DNA of 64,000 bases, from contig CAYMZG010000003.1 in the NCBI GenBank assembly GCA_964394925.1, positions 40,414-104,413 on the forward strand, given 5' to 3'. A program made the translations under genes and the position numbers. The notes beneath the pieces are model-generated. The model had not been told where the DNA came from. It saw only the letters and a program-made list of their open reading frames with translations, and did no database searches. Shown here piece after piece: positions 27,107-36,460 of this stretch. The stretch's first letter is position 1. Each line of letters opens with the position of its first letter. The DNA comes from an uncultured Candidatus Saccharibacteria bacterium (GTDB lineage Bacteria; Patescibacteriota; Saccharimonadia; Saccharimonadales; CAYLGV01).

Positions 27107-28804
27107 CTAGGTTGTACTGACCGGGTGGCTGCTTCTGCTAGTATCAAGTTCGATGTGCCTGCCTAGTATCTGTGCAATCTCATCCTCATTGATAGACAAC
27201 GCAGCAATGGGGTTGCTTTTGCATATATCTGCCGTTTTTTGCAACGTCTCCTTCTGGCGTTTGTAGCTACTATCAATACTCGTATCGTGTTCTTTTTGTA
27301 TATCCATAAGCCGCGCCAGCAAGCGAATTCGCTCAGATGCAAAATGAATTTGCTCGAGCTTTTCAAACACCGTCGTTAAGCCTTGGTTGAATTTCTGTCG
27401 ATGACGTGACTGGTCAACTGCATCGAGCATCCTAACACGTGAATCGCTTTCCATCTCTGCCTCAATAATGTCTAGCTCGGCATGTAACTGTAGGTAGGGT
27501 GTTAACTCTGAACTATCCGAAGTTGATTCAGCAATACATAGGCTTGAGGCCTGGTCGAATAGACGAAGAATATTTGAGTCGTGGCGTTCTGGGATCGCAT
27601 AGTCTCCCCCAAAGCGCGGTATGTAAATAATGATTCCGGCGTTAATCTCATCGGCATAAGATTGTTTTAGCTCATCACTTGATCTCTCGGAAGGCGGAGG
27701 CAAAGATATGTGATCACCAAAACACTCCGAAAGAGCACGGAGGTATGCATCGGCTCTTGCCGAATCCTCACTTGGGGGACTGGTACCAATGTTAGATAGC
27801 AATGACGATGTACCTTCTCTCGAAAGCACACCGTTTACTCGATTAAGCATTGCATCGTCAACAACACACTGTGGATACCGTAGATATGCAAATGCTAACT
27901 GCTTCGCGGTAAAACTCTGTTTGTTTCGAATATCCAGGAACTCAACGACTTTTTGGTCAACATGTCGCTTTCCTTTCCTGAGCTCCCTGCCATTTACCAC
28001 TCTCGTGTTTTCAGTTTTGCATCTACTGTAGGTGTCGCGGTATATTTCAAGCGCCTGCTTTGCTTCTGGATCAACTGCAGCTAACTCATCGGCATAAGCT
28101 TCTTCGGGTGTTCCAACAAGCTTTCGAGCATGCTGGTACAACAAATGTTGAAACCGCACAGTTGCACTCTTCTCGAGGTGGTTTTTTGTAACTGAATCAT
28201 TGACCCCCGAGAACAGATTTTTATCTTGGAGTAGGATTGCAATCGCTCGCGAGTTTGCGAACAGATTCATGCCATGTTTCATCTCAACCATCAGATACTC
28301 CATCAGATCGCGAATATTGGCACGCTCTTCGGCATCTTGGCGCAAGTCTCCAAGCTTGAGGAGCACACTGAATGCAGCATCTTTGTCACAACCGAGCGCC
28401 TGATCAAGCAAGTCGAGCTTATCGTCATAATCGGTGATATCACTCACCAGCCAACCGGCGATATCGCCACGGTTGCGTCGCATTTCAAACGCTACCTTGT
28501 GGGTGACAAGGCTGGAACGAAGGCAAGCAAGCTGCTTGGCTACATGTATGGCTCTTTCACTCTCCAAAAAAGGCGCCGTTTGCTGGACTTCTTGAGCCTC
28601 AGCTAGTTGGGCGTCAATTTCTTGAATCCCGGTTATAAAAAGAGCTTCTTGATGCTCGTCATAAACTGAAGTGGGAAGAAATTGTCGTTCGACGTAATTA
28701 TCTACCCATAGGCTACCATCGTCGGCAACAGGATTAAATCCGTCAGCATTGAGGACCTGGGGTCCCAGCTCCTCAGTGATAAAAACAACTTTTTCAAGTG
28801 ACAT
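27107..28804 (-). CDS. hypothetical protein, 565 aa, predicted mostly alpha-helical
   Basis: Long uninterrupted ORF with no motif recognised and its own extended -10. By my hand count roughly a third of its Arg codons are AGA/AGG. Confidence 0.75.
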   Translation of the reverse strand: MSLEKVVFITEELGPQVLNADGFNPVADDGSLWVDNYVERQFLPTSVYDEHQEALFITGIQEIDAQLAEAQEVQQTAPFLESERAIHVAKQLACLRSSLVTHKVAFEMRRNRGDIAGWLVSDITDYDDKLDLLDQALGCDKDAAFSVLLKLGDLRQDAEERANIRDLMEYLMVEMKHGMNLFANSRAIAILLQDKNLFSGVNDSVTKNHLEKSATVRFQHLLYQHARKLVGTPEEAYADELAAVDPEAKQALEIYRDTYSRCKTENTRVVNGRELRKGKRHVDQKVVEFLDIRNKQSFTAKQLAFAYLRYPQCVVDDAMLNRVNGVLSREGTSSLLSNIGTSPPSEDSARADAYLRALSECFGDHISLPPPSERSSDELKQSYADEINAGIIIYIPRFGGDYAIPERHDSNILRLFDQASSLCIAESTSDSSELTPYLQLHAELDIIEAEMESDSRVRMLDAVDQSRHRQKFNQGLTTVFEKLEQIHFASERIRLLARLMDIQKEHDTSIDSSYKRQKETLQKTADICKSNPIAALSINEDEIAQILGRHIELDTSRSSHPVSTT

Positions 28805-28812
28805 AAGAGTTT

Positions 28813-28821
28813 ATATTAACA
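28813..28821 (-). promoter_or_regulatory. extended -10 (TGtTAATAT) 8 nt upstream of ATG 28804; leaderless candidate
   Basis: Minus strand reads TGtTAATATaaactcttATG. Confidence 0.45.
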
Positions 28822-28926
28822 GTTTTGTCGGGTTTTTGCTAGTTTATGTCTTTATATGTTATTCCACGGCTATTTTTAGATTGTAGCCCGAAAATAACTC
28901 AACACACGACCTGGTTGGTATAGAGG

Positions 28927-29532
28927 CTAACCGTTATGCTTATGGGGATGGCTTAGGAACCACTGATTACTGAGAGACTTGGTATTAATGTCGGCGTAGT
29001 CTTTGTCGAGCATTTCAATGACTCGCTTTACAAGCTTGTGAGGATCCGTGTCAAAAATGACCATATCTTTGTTGATTGGCTCGAGTCGTTCCATGAGTTC
29101 TGGAATAATATCGGCAGTACCCCCGCTTCCAAGAAGTACGCCACATGGCATATGTGATTCAAGGGCAGTCGTAAACTCATGCAAGCTGCCGAAGCGTCCA
29201 CCAACGGTAATTACCGCATCGCTCGACTGCACCAGGTGTACATCTCGGCCAACGTAGTGCATGCCAGTGAAGTTAACAAAGTCGAAAACACCAATTGGGA
29301 GCCGATACTTGGCGACATGTTCTCGCAAACTACTGGCGGGTGAAAAGCCAATGCTGATACCCCCGGCCTCTTTTGCAGCTTTAGCCGCAAAAAAAGGCAG
29401 ACCAACGGTTGCGCCCGTGGTGATCATATGTCCAGATTTGGCAATTTCGCGGCCAACCTGCTCGGCTAGCTCGTGGGCACCTTCTACCGTCTTCCCAGAA
29501 GCGGCCCCTGATACACAAATAGCATAATTCAT
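28927..29532 (-). CDS. TIGR00725 / LOG-like (SLOG superfamily) Rossmann-fold protein with degenerate nucleotide loop
   Basis: 201 aa reading ICVSGAASG..., TTGATVGLPFFAAKAAKEAGG..., SDAVITVGGRFGSLHEF (compare the family GGGxGTxxE). Its ATG overlaps the upstream stop (ATGA). Confidence 0.65.
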   Translation of the reverse strand: MNYAICVSGAASGKTVEGAHELAEQVGREIAKSGHMITTGATVGLPFFAAKAAKEAGGISIGFSPASSLREHVAKYRLPIGVFDFVNFTGMHYVGRDVHLVQSSDAVITVGGRFGSLHEFTTALESHMPCGVLLGSGGTADIIPELMERLEPINKDMVIFDTDPHKLVKRVIEMLDKDYADINTKSLSNQWFLSHPHKHNG

Positions 29533-30788
29533 AGGGCAAACTCCATGTCCTCACTTAGTGCGCTCACAAAGCCCATCTGTTGGTGTAGTTGCTGTAACAA
29601 TTGACGCTCGAGAGCACTTTGGCCCACATAGCGCCGATATAGCTCATTCCAGACGGCCTCACGGTTATGATACGCAATTCTGCGCTCAAACGGCAGATGG
29701 TTAACAAGGTTAATGGCGACATCCATGAGATTAAAACTAATTGGTACCTGTTGCTCTTGCGGTAATGCAACATAATCGGTGTTATGCCAAAAATGAAGGG
29801 CTGGCTCAAGGTGAAACAGGGTGTGCTCGGCCTTGCGGTAAGCCATATCCTCTGGCTGAACATGTGGCTGGAATATCTCTGGGTGCTGACTCGCCCCTTG
29901 TGATCCATAGTAGTGATGCACAATGCGCCAGTGAATGGGCTGGCCCGCTACCGTAGCATGACTCGCCGCCGGAGCAGTAATGTCGTTAACAAGCCGTTTC
30001 GAGAATTCGGGATGCAAATGATGCAGCTTCCAATGGGTTGCCTGGCTACGGATTTCATTGATGTAATGGAGTACGAGCAACAGGCTAACTAGTGTTACAC
30101 CTGGCAGATCGGTCGACGGTACTGGTAGCACGGCGATTGCTGCCGCCTCTGGCGCGTGCAGTATATTCGTGTGATGTGTTAGCGCGTAGGCCTTACCAAT
30201 GTATGCCCACTGGCCCTTGGTGAGGTACATCACTTCAACATTGCGATTTTCAAAGTCATTACTTTTCAACTTCTTGTAGCTATCGATGAATTTGTGCTGC
30301 CAGGTGGCTGGCTCAGTGTGTCGAGCAACGGTTATCAACTGCAATGGTGATTCACGCTTGAGCATGGAATCAACGGAACGGTAGTGTAGGCTCTTCATTA
30401 GCTGTTTTGGTGGCGTGGCTTTTAGTAGTCTTTTTGCGGCCGCAGGCTTCATGGCCCAGGCGTGCTTTGGGGCACCCATTCGCTCAACCAGTCGAACAAC
30501 AAGGGGTAGTATCACCTCTGGATTCGTTGGCTCAGAAGCGCCAAGTTTGTCTGCCAAGAATCTATCGTGGAGTGCAGCCAAATTTAGTAGAGCATGATAC
30601 AGCTCGCGCGGCGTTGTGTCGCTGGGATCAAGCCCAAGCCCACGCATTTTCATGTGAATGCTACCGAATATTTCACCTGTTAAACGTAAGTCTACACCAG
30701 GATCACCACTGGAGCGCTCCAATCGAGTGATCATCTGTTTCATGACCTGCTTGTCGGTACTCGTTAGCTCTGCGAGAAGCTTACACAC
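29529..30788 (-). CDS. hypothetical protein, 419 aa, His/aromatic-rich C-terminal half
   Basis: GTG start with AAGGA 12 nt upstream. Clusters HWKLHHLHPEF, HWRIVHHYYG, HFWHNTDY and AYHNRE. No family recognised. Confidence 0.7.
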   Translation of the reverse strand: MCKLLAELTSTDKQVMKQMITRLERSSGDPGVDLRLTGEIFGSIHMKMRGLGLDPSDTTPRELYHALLNLAALHDRFLADKLGASEPTNPEVILPLVVRLVERMGAPKHAWAMKPAAAKRLLKATPPKQLMKSLHYRSVDSMLKRESPLQLITVARHTEPATWQHKFIDSYKKLKSNDFENRNVEVMYLTKGQWAYIGKAYALTHHTNILHAPEAAAIAVLPVPSTDLPGVTLVSLLLVLHYINEIRSQATHWKLHHLHPEFSKRLVNDITAPAASHATVAGQPIHWRIVHHYYGSQGASQHPEIFQPHVQPEDMAYRKAEHTLFHLEPALHFWHNTDYVALPQEQQVPISFNLMDVAINLVNHLPFERRIAYHNREAVWNELYRRYVGQSALERQLLQQLHQQMGFVSALSEDMEFAL

Positions 30789-30885
30789 GTGTTTGTTTAT
30801 TCCTTACGATTGTTTACCATAAGCATATCACTTTAGGCCAGAGGTCGTCTAGTGGCTGCTTGTTATTTGTAAATATTCGGCTAAT

Positions 30886-31884
30886 CTAAAATGGCTCGGC
30901 CTTGTACCACTCAGGGGCCTTTTTGAGGAAATTGCCCAGCTCACGCTCATTAAGCAAGCCCTCTTGAGCACCGGTATGCTGAACAACATTCATCGAATTA
31001 ATTGGCGCCCACTGAAGCGCACCTTCGAGGTTATTGCCTTGAATGAGAGCTGCCACAAAGGTGCTGGCAAACGCATCCCCAGCTCCTGTCCGCTCAAACG
31101 GTGGCGCCGGATCGGGGTATGGTGGCATTTTGAGACGCTGATTGCCATCAGATGCATAAGCGCCAGCCGGCCCATCCGTTATGACGACTGTCTTGGCGCC
31201 AAGTTCATGGAGCTTATTCAACAGATCATGCACATCGTCATAGTTTCCGCCTGTTACCTGAACTGCTTCTTCGCGGTTCAAAATGAGCACAGTCGTTCGT
31301 TCGTACAGCTCTTTAAGGCGTTCCTTACCTGCTTCAATTTGGAACGTGCCAGGCTGAAAAGCAAACTTTACCTCGGGGTTATCTTTGAGCCAATCTGACA
31401 CTCGGTCGTGATAGGTATCAAGCGCATTTTTACTAATGGAACTAAAGTAGATCCACTTTGGAATATCATTACTACGGAACCGTGGCCAGTGATAATCATA
31501 TTCTTCGTGCTTAATAAGTATGGTGCGCTCTTCTTTGTACCAGAGCACATAGTGATAATTACTAATCTTCTTGGGATTAATGTGTACGAAGCGGGTATCG
31601 ACATCTTGTTTTTTTAAAGCACCGATGATGTCTCGGCCAAACTGGTCGTCGCCAACATTACTGATAAGCCCGCTGTTAAGCCCAAGGCGTGAAAAGCTGA
31701 CAGCCGCATTGGCGGCATTACCAACACCCTCAATAACTTGGGCATAGTCAAAAGGCACCTTCATGCCAAACGGCACGGCCAGAAACTTGCCATGTTCGTT
31801 TTCAAACGTGCTGGCACGGTCATCGAATAGTTTTATGAAAGCATCGGTAACCACATCACCGATCGCTAAGACGTCCAAGCTCAT
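30886..31884 (-). CDS. PfkB/ribokinase-family carbohydrate or nucleoside kinase
   Basis: 332 aa with an N-terminal GDVVTD strand, GVGNAANAAV (GG-like motif) and a C-terminal TGAGDAFASTF anion-hole/catalytic motif. Confidence 0.88.
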   Translation of the reverse strand: MSLDVLAIGDVVTDAFIKLFDDRASTFENEHGKFLAVPFGMKVPFDYAQVIEGVGNAANAAVSFSRLGLNSGLISNVGDDQFGRDIIGALKKQDVDTRFVHINPKKISNYHYVLWYKEERTILIKHEEYDYHWPRFRSNDIPKWIYFSSISKNALDTYHDRVSDWLKDNPEVKFAFQPGTFQIEAGKERLKELYERTTVLILNREEAVQVTGGNYDDVHDLLNKLHELGAKTVVITDGPAGAYASDGNQRLKMPPYPDPAPPFERTGAGDAFASTFVAALIQGNNLEGALQWAPINSMNVVQHTGAQEGLLNERELGNFLKKAPEWYKAEPF

Positions 31885-31906
31885 ATTAGTTTTCCACCCC
31901 TTTTAT

Positions 31907-31930
31907 CATGCTTATGCTAAGCATAGCATG
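31907..31930. other. imperfect palindrome/hairpin (CATGCTTATGCT-A-AGCATAGCATG) between the heptad-repeat gene and the PfkB kinase
   Basis: Read directly. One unpaired base. No U-tract. Confidence 0.3.
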
Positions 31931-31966
31931 GCACACCCAGGTTGACTAGTAATTCACAGCCGTTTA

Positions 31967-32458
31967 TCAAGTGGTTTTGAGGGCGTTACGAACCTTCTTG
32001 ATGATTCGATCGTGTGCGTCAGCTCGCTTTACTTCGGCTTTTACGATGTGTTCAACGTTATCAAAGCGCAGATCTATCGCATCGAAACGTGTGTCTATCT
32101 GGTCAAAGCGCAGGTCCATCTCATCCATGCGCGCATCCATGGCGTCAAACCGGACGTTCATAGCATCGAAGCGCTCGTCCATCGCATCGAAGCGCTCGTC
32201 CATGGCATCAAACCTCTGGTCCATCGCATCCATGCGAATGTCCATGGCATCCATACGGACGTCCATTTGGTCAAAGCGGAGGTCCATGGCGTCAAAACGC
32301 GCGTCCATGGCATCAAAACGTCGGTCGACGGCTTCGAAGCGGGCGTCGACAGCTGCAAAACCATGTGCCACCTGTTGGCCAAATTCTTCGAGGGCGTCAT
32401 CAATGTTTGTTTTAATAATTGCGCTTATGGCAACCAAATCTTCATTTGTTAAGCTCAT
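31967..32458 (-). CDS. coiled-coil protein made of 14 tandem D-x-R-F-D-A-M heptads
   Basis: The track ORF is longer (32563), but ATG 32458 has GGAGG 7 nt upstream. The 163-aa product reads MSLTNEDL...DARFEAVDRRFDAMDARFDAMDLRFDQMDVRMDAM...DLRFDNV. Confidence 0.75.
   Translation of the reverse strand: MSLTNEDLVAISAIIKTNIDDALEEFGQQVAHGFAAVDARFEAVDRRFDAMDARFDAMDLRFDQMDVRMDAMDIRMDAMDQRFDAMDERFDAMDERFDAMNVRFDAMDARMDEMDLRFDQIDTRFDAIDLRFDNVEHIVKAEVKRADAHDRIIKKVRNALKTT
32054..32347 (-). repeat. 21-bp tandem repeat x14 (coding, heptad periodicity)
   Basis: Units such as catcgaagcgctcgtccat. Two adjacent units at 32163-32203 are 20/21 identical. All six frames are nearly stop-free here. Confidence 0.9.
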
Positions 32459-32596
32459 GTAAGAACCTCCGTTAGATGATATAACGCGTTGTTGTGTATC
32501 ATCGTGGTTGCTCGCATTGCCTTGCCCTATAGTCATACAAACTAGTATAGACTCAGGGCACAAGAAAATCTGTTGTGCTTTAAGCGTTTTTTGGTG

Positions 32597-33514
32597 TTAT
32601 AAACTGGCGCGCGCCTTGCCGGCCGAATTGAACATGTCAATCTTTTCTTCCACAACTTTGCTGACAGCATCAACGACAGTATCCATAAGTTTTACGACTG
32701 CGAATTCTGAAGGGTTATCAGCCAAGACTTTCTCAAGGGTGGTTCGATACGCCACGCGCATATCACTGTTTATATTAATCTTACTCACGCCAATTTTAAC
32801 CGCGTCTACAAAGTAGTGCCCAGGAGTGCCGCTACCGCCATGCAAACTAATGTTACAGTCAATGGCCACCCGAATCCGCTTAAGTAGTTCGAGGTCTAAT
32901 TTTTTAGGGACAGGGTATGAGCCGTGCAAGTTGCCGATGGCAGCAGCAAATGTGTCGATACCAGTAGCTTCCACGAACTGCCGAGCTCCCTCCGGCGTAC
33001 TAAACGATTTTTTGATCTCTTCGTAATCAAACGCCTCTTTAAAGACGTTTGAACCACCACCAAAATAATGCGGCTCGCTTTCTACCAAAGCACCAGTCAA
33101 CTTGGCATAGTTCACTATTTGCTTAGTCTCAATAATGATGTCTTCAACGGGTGCATCCTTGCGGGCCTGGCTAATGTCGATATGAATAAACTCAAAACCA
33201 GCCTCAATCCCTGCTATGGCTGCTGCGACCGTTGGGCTGTGATCGAGGTTCACGTACATTTCTACGCCGTATTCAGCCTTATAGTTGTCTACCATGTCAC
33301 GAACATTATCAATACCGAGGGCTTCGACTTCCCCGTGGCTCACTTCAACAAGCAGTGGGGCTTTCTTGTTGGCGGCAGCATGCACCACCGCTTTGAGGGT
33401 TTCTTGGTTGTCGAGATTGAAAGCGCCCAGGGCAAAATGTTCAGTCCGTGCCCTCGCCATGGCATTACGCGCATCTTCACAGTTCTTTCGGATTTGTTTT
33501 AACGTTAATCCCAT
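32597..33514 (-). CDS. fba: class II fructose-bisphosphate aldolase
   Basis: 305 aa with FNLDNQETL, HLDH-like NLDHS, SLHGGSG and KININSD. Confidence 0.92.
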   Translation of the reverse strand: MGLTLKQIRKNCEDARNAMARARTEHFALGAFNLDNQETLKAVVHAAANKKAPLLVEVSHGEVEALGIDNVRDMVDNYKAEYGVEMYVNLDHSPTVAAAIAGIEAGFEFIHIDISQARKDAPVEDIIIETKQIVNYAKLTGALVESEPHYFGGGSNVFKEAFDYEEIKKSFSTPEGARQFVEATGIDTFAAAIGNLHGSYPVPKKLDLELLKRIRVAIDCNISLHGGSGTPGHYFVDAVKIGVSKININSDMRVAYRTTLEKVLADNPSEFAVVKLMDTVVDAVSKVVEEKIDMFNSAGKARASL

Positions 33515-33528
33515 ACCACCCTCACTCT

Positions 33529-34503
33529 CTATTTTTTGTCCATAATATGATGTGCAGCGAGCACGATATGTTTGGTCGTAAGCCCGAGATGCTCGAGCAG
33601 ATCCGCCGGATGACCCGACTCGCCAAACCTATCCTTAACACCAACTCGGTGAATCGGCACTGGATACTCCTCGCCGAGCAGTTCAGCAACTGCGCCACCG
33701 AGACCACCAGTAATTTGCGCCTCTTCAACCGTAATAACCGCTTTTGTCTTACGCGCACTGCGCAAAATCGTCGCCTCATCGAGGGGCTTAATGGTTGGGC
33801 AGTGGATAACTTCAGCGTCAATGCCGTCTTTGAACAGTTTTTCAGCCGCAACCAGAGCAGGATGTGTCATTGTTCCAGTTGAGATAATGGTCACATCCGT
33901 GCCCTTGGCATACACGTATGCCTTGCCGATTTCGAACGGTGTTTTATCGGTCGTAAAAACGGGGATTGGCTCCCGTGCTAAACGCATATAGTTTGGACGC
34001 GAATCTTTTGCCATGGCAAGCGTGGCCTTCTCTGCTTCGATACTATCACCGGGTGCAATCACCACCATATTAGGGAGCGCTCGCATGATGGCAATGTCTT
34101 CGAGCATTTGGTGCGTGGCGCCATCTTGGCCGGTGTAAAGCCCAGCATGTGAACCTACAATTTTTACGGCCTGATCATTCAAGCATACCGTGGTTCGAAT
34201 CTGTTCCCAGTTGCGGCCGGGGCTAAATGCAGCATACGAGCTCACAAACGGAATTTTGCCCATGGCAGCCAGCCCTGAGCCAACCGTAACAAGGTTTTGC
34301 TCGGCAACACCAATCTCAATAAAACGGTCTGGGAAGGCGTCACGGAAGAGGCTCATTTGTGTTGAATCAGTCAGATCAGCACAAGCAGCCACTACGTGTT
34401 CATCAATTTGGCCAGCCGCAAGCAAGCCACGGCCGAAGCCCTTGCGGTTGGGCTCAAGGGCAATATCGGTCGCCAAAATATTTTCTACAAGGTAGTAGCT
34501 CAT
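33529..34503 (-). CDS. transketolase, C-terminal (pyrimidine-binding) subunit
   Basis: 324 aa with FIEIGVAEQNLV and GATHQMLEDIA. 4-nt overlap with the N-terminal subunit gene. Confidence 0.93.
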   Translation of the reverse strand: MSYYLVENILATDIALEPNRKGFGRGLLAAGQIDEHVVAACADLTDSTQMSLFRDAFPDRFIEIGVAEQNLVTVGSGLAAMGKIPFVSSYAAFSPGRNWEQIRTTVCLNDQAVKIVGSHAGLYTGQDGATHQMLEDIAIMRALPNMVVIAPGDSIEAEKATLAMAKDSRPNYMRLAREPIPVFTTDKTPFEIGKAYVYAKGTDVTIISTGTMTHPALVAAEKLFKDGIDAEVIHCPTIKPLDEATILRSARKTKAVITVEEAQITGGLGGAVAELLGEEYPVPIHRVGVKDRFGESGHPADLLEHLGLTTKHIVLAAHHIMDKK

Positions 34504-35384
34504 TCGTGTTCCCCCGTAATTTTGCCTTTAAGCGTTCGGAGCTCGTGCAAAGCCTGTTTTGCCTGTTCACGGTTAGGCGGTGCCCCATGCCAGTGAAAGT
34601 CATACTCCATAAAGTCAACGCCTTTGCCCGGCACAGTGTGAGCGATAATCATAACGGGTTTTTCAACCACGGCCCGTGCCATAGCACAAGCATCGATCAC
34701 GGCTTCAATGTTGTTGCCGTCAATTTCAATCACATGCCAGCCAAAGGATTCCCACTTGCCACGCAGATCTTCGAGTGGCATAACACTTTCAGTTGGTCCA
34801 TCGATCTGGATATTGTTGCGATCAATAATACCAATGATGTTATTGAGTTTGTATTTGCCTGCCAGCATGGCCGCTTCCCAGATATTGCCTTCGTCGAGCT
34901 CGCCGTCGCCCAGCACCACATAGACCCAACGGTGTTGTTGCTTGTCCATACGCAGCGCAAGTGCCATCCCGCAGGCTTGACTGAGACCTTCTCCAAGTGG
35001 CCCGCTGGTGTTTTCGACGCCGGGTAAACGGTTGCGCTCAGGATGACCCTGTAGCCGTGACCCGTATTGGCGCAGGGTCATGAGTTCTTTTTTGTCAAAG
35101 TAACCAGCCTCGGCCATGGCCGCATAGCGCACGGGAACACAGTGCCCATTGCTCAGCAGTAAAATGTCACGCTCGTCCCAGTCGGGTTTCTTGGGGTCAT
35201 GCTTCAAAATGTCAAAGTATAAAGCGGCAAAAATGTCGGCTAAGCCCAACGGCCCAGCACTGTGGCCACTCTTGGCATGCTCAAGCATACGAATAATATC
35301 TTCGCGGATCGCCTCCGCCTTTAACTCGAGCTCTAAGAGAGATAGTTTCTTTGCTTGTTTTGCCACCGGCTTATTCGTTCCCAA
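34500..35384 (-). CDS. transketolase, N-terminal (TPP-binding) subunit
   Basis: 294 aa with SGHSAGPLG, SNGHC and GDGELDEGNIWEA. Confidence 0.93.
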   Translation of the reverse strand: MGTNKPVAKQAKKLSLLELELKAEAIREDIIRMLEHAKSGHSAGPLGLADIFAALYFDILKHDPKKPDWDERDILLLSNGHCVPVRYAAMAEAGYFDKKELMTLRQYGSRLQGHPERNRLPGVENTSGPLGEGLSQACGMALALRMDKQQHRWVYVVLGDGELDEGNIWEAAMLAGKYKLNNIIGIIDRNNIQIDGPTESVMPLEDLRGKWESFGWHVIEIDGNNIEAVIDACAMARAVVEKPVMIIAHTVPGKGVDFMEYDFHWHGAPPNREQAKQALHELRTLKGKITGEHE

Positions 35385-36006
35385 TTACTGATAACAGTTT
35401 ATCATAAGCGGCTTTTGGATCATCGGCACTTTGTATAAAGCCACCCGTATTCAGAACATTCACACCAGCCTCAGCAAGTGAAAAAATGTTTTGGTCATTG
35501 ATGCCCCCGTCCCAAGCAATCTCCGCCTCGGGATGATGTTCGCGCACAAAACGGACTTTATTGAGCTGTGTCAGGTCGGCCTCGCCACCATGGTAGCCTA
35601 GGTGGCCGCTAAAGATCAGCACTTGGTCGAAACTATGCATGATTTGTGCCGCCCACTCAATTGGCGTCTCTTGCAAGATTGCCAAGCCAGTTTTAATATC
35701 GTGCTTATGTAGTTCGGCGGCAAAGTGCATATGATGCACATCGACTTCGTTGTGCACAATTACCATATGCGGCTTAAGCTGTATTAGCCGTTTAATCACA
35801 TCCATGGGTCGTTGGTACATAAGATGGATGTCGACCGTTTGATGATACGGGAGCCATATTTCTTCTAGGCGCGGTGAGCGGCTCGGCGCAAAATGACCAT
35901 CCATGAGGTCAACGTGAATACGCGGTGCAAAACGCACAGCACCCAGTTGACGTTCGAACTCATGTAAATCGGTAGCAGTAATGGTCGGACAAACCTCAGC
36001 TGCCAT
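35371..36006 (-). CDS. rpe: ribulose-phosphate 3-epimerase-like protein (divergent)
   Basis: 211 aa. HVDLMDGHFAP, DIHLM and VHNE match the Rpe metal/substrate motifs. Divergent elsewhere. Confidence 0.75.
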   Translation of the reverse strand: MAAEVCPTITATDLHEFERQLGAVRFAPRIHVDLMDGHFAPSRSPRLEEIWLPYHQTVDIHLMYQRPMDVIKRLIQLKPHMVIVHNEVDVHHMHFAAELHKHDIKTGLAILQETPIEWAAQIMHSFDQVLIFSGHLGYHGGEADLTQLNKVRFVREHHPEAEIAWDGGINDQNIFSLAEAGVNVLNTGGFIQSADDPKAAYDKLLSVIGNE

Positions 36007-36448
36007 CTATCTCGTCCATTTCCATAATGCGTCGTTGGTAGCGACCAACGCGCGAGAATGGCACGTTCAAAAACGTCTCTACTAACATGTTGGCTTCATC
36101 CTTTTGCAGCACCCTAGCCGCCAAACACAGCACATTGGCATCGTCATCGTTTCGACTGGCTCGAATTGATTCGCGGTCGTAGCCCATGCACGCACGGATG
36201 TCTTTATAGCGATTAGCCGCCATGCACATGCCCTGACCACTACCGCAAATGAGTATGCCGCGGGCATCGGGATCAGCACTCGTCTTCATGGCATGAACAA
36301 CTCTGCTGGCAAAAACTGGATAATCATCTTCCGGGTCTAACTTTGCATCGCCGTTGTCTACCACATCATAGCCGGCACGTTTTAAGTAGGCTACGATTCG
36401 ATTACGTAGCTGGAAGCCGTTATGGTCGGCACCAACAAAAACTTTCAT
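35996..36448 (-). CDS. rpiB: ribose-5-phosphate isomerase B
   Basis: 150 aa with GADHNGF and ILICGSGQGMCMAANR. Confidence 0.92.
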   Translation of the reverse strand: MKVFVGADHNGFQLRNRIVAYLKRAGYDVVDNGDAKLDPEDDYPVFASRVVHAMKTSADPDARGILICGSGQGMCMAANRYKDIRACMGYDRESIRASRNDDDANVLCLAARVLQKDEANMLVETFLNVPFSRVGRYQRRIMEMDEIDGS

Positions 36449-36460
36449 CAGTTGTAGCTC

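Noticed and set aside
31971-32462. Three extra ORFs overlapping the heptad-repeat gene (31971-32462 plus, 32012-32452 plus, 32158-32403 minus)
   Set aside because: The 21-bp tandem repeat lacks stop codons in most frames. Only the minus-strand frame starting at 32458 has an SD and a coherent heptad protein.
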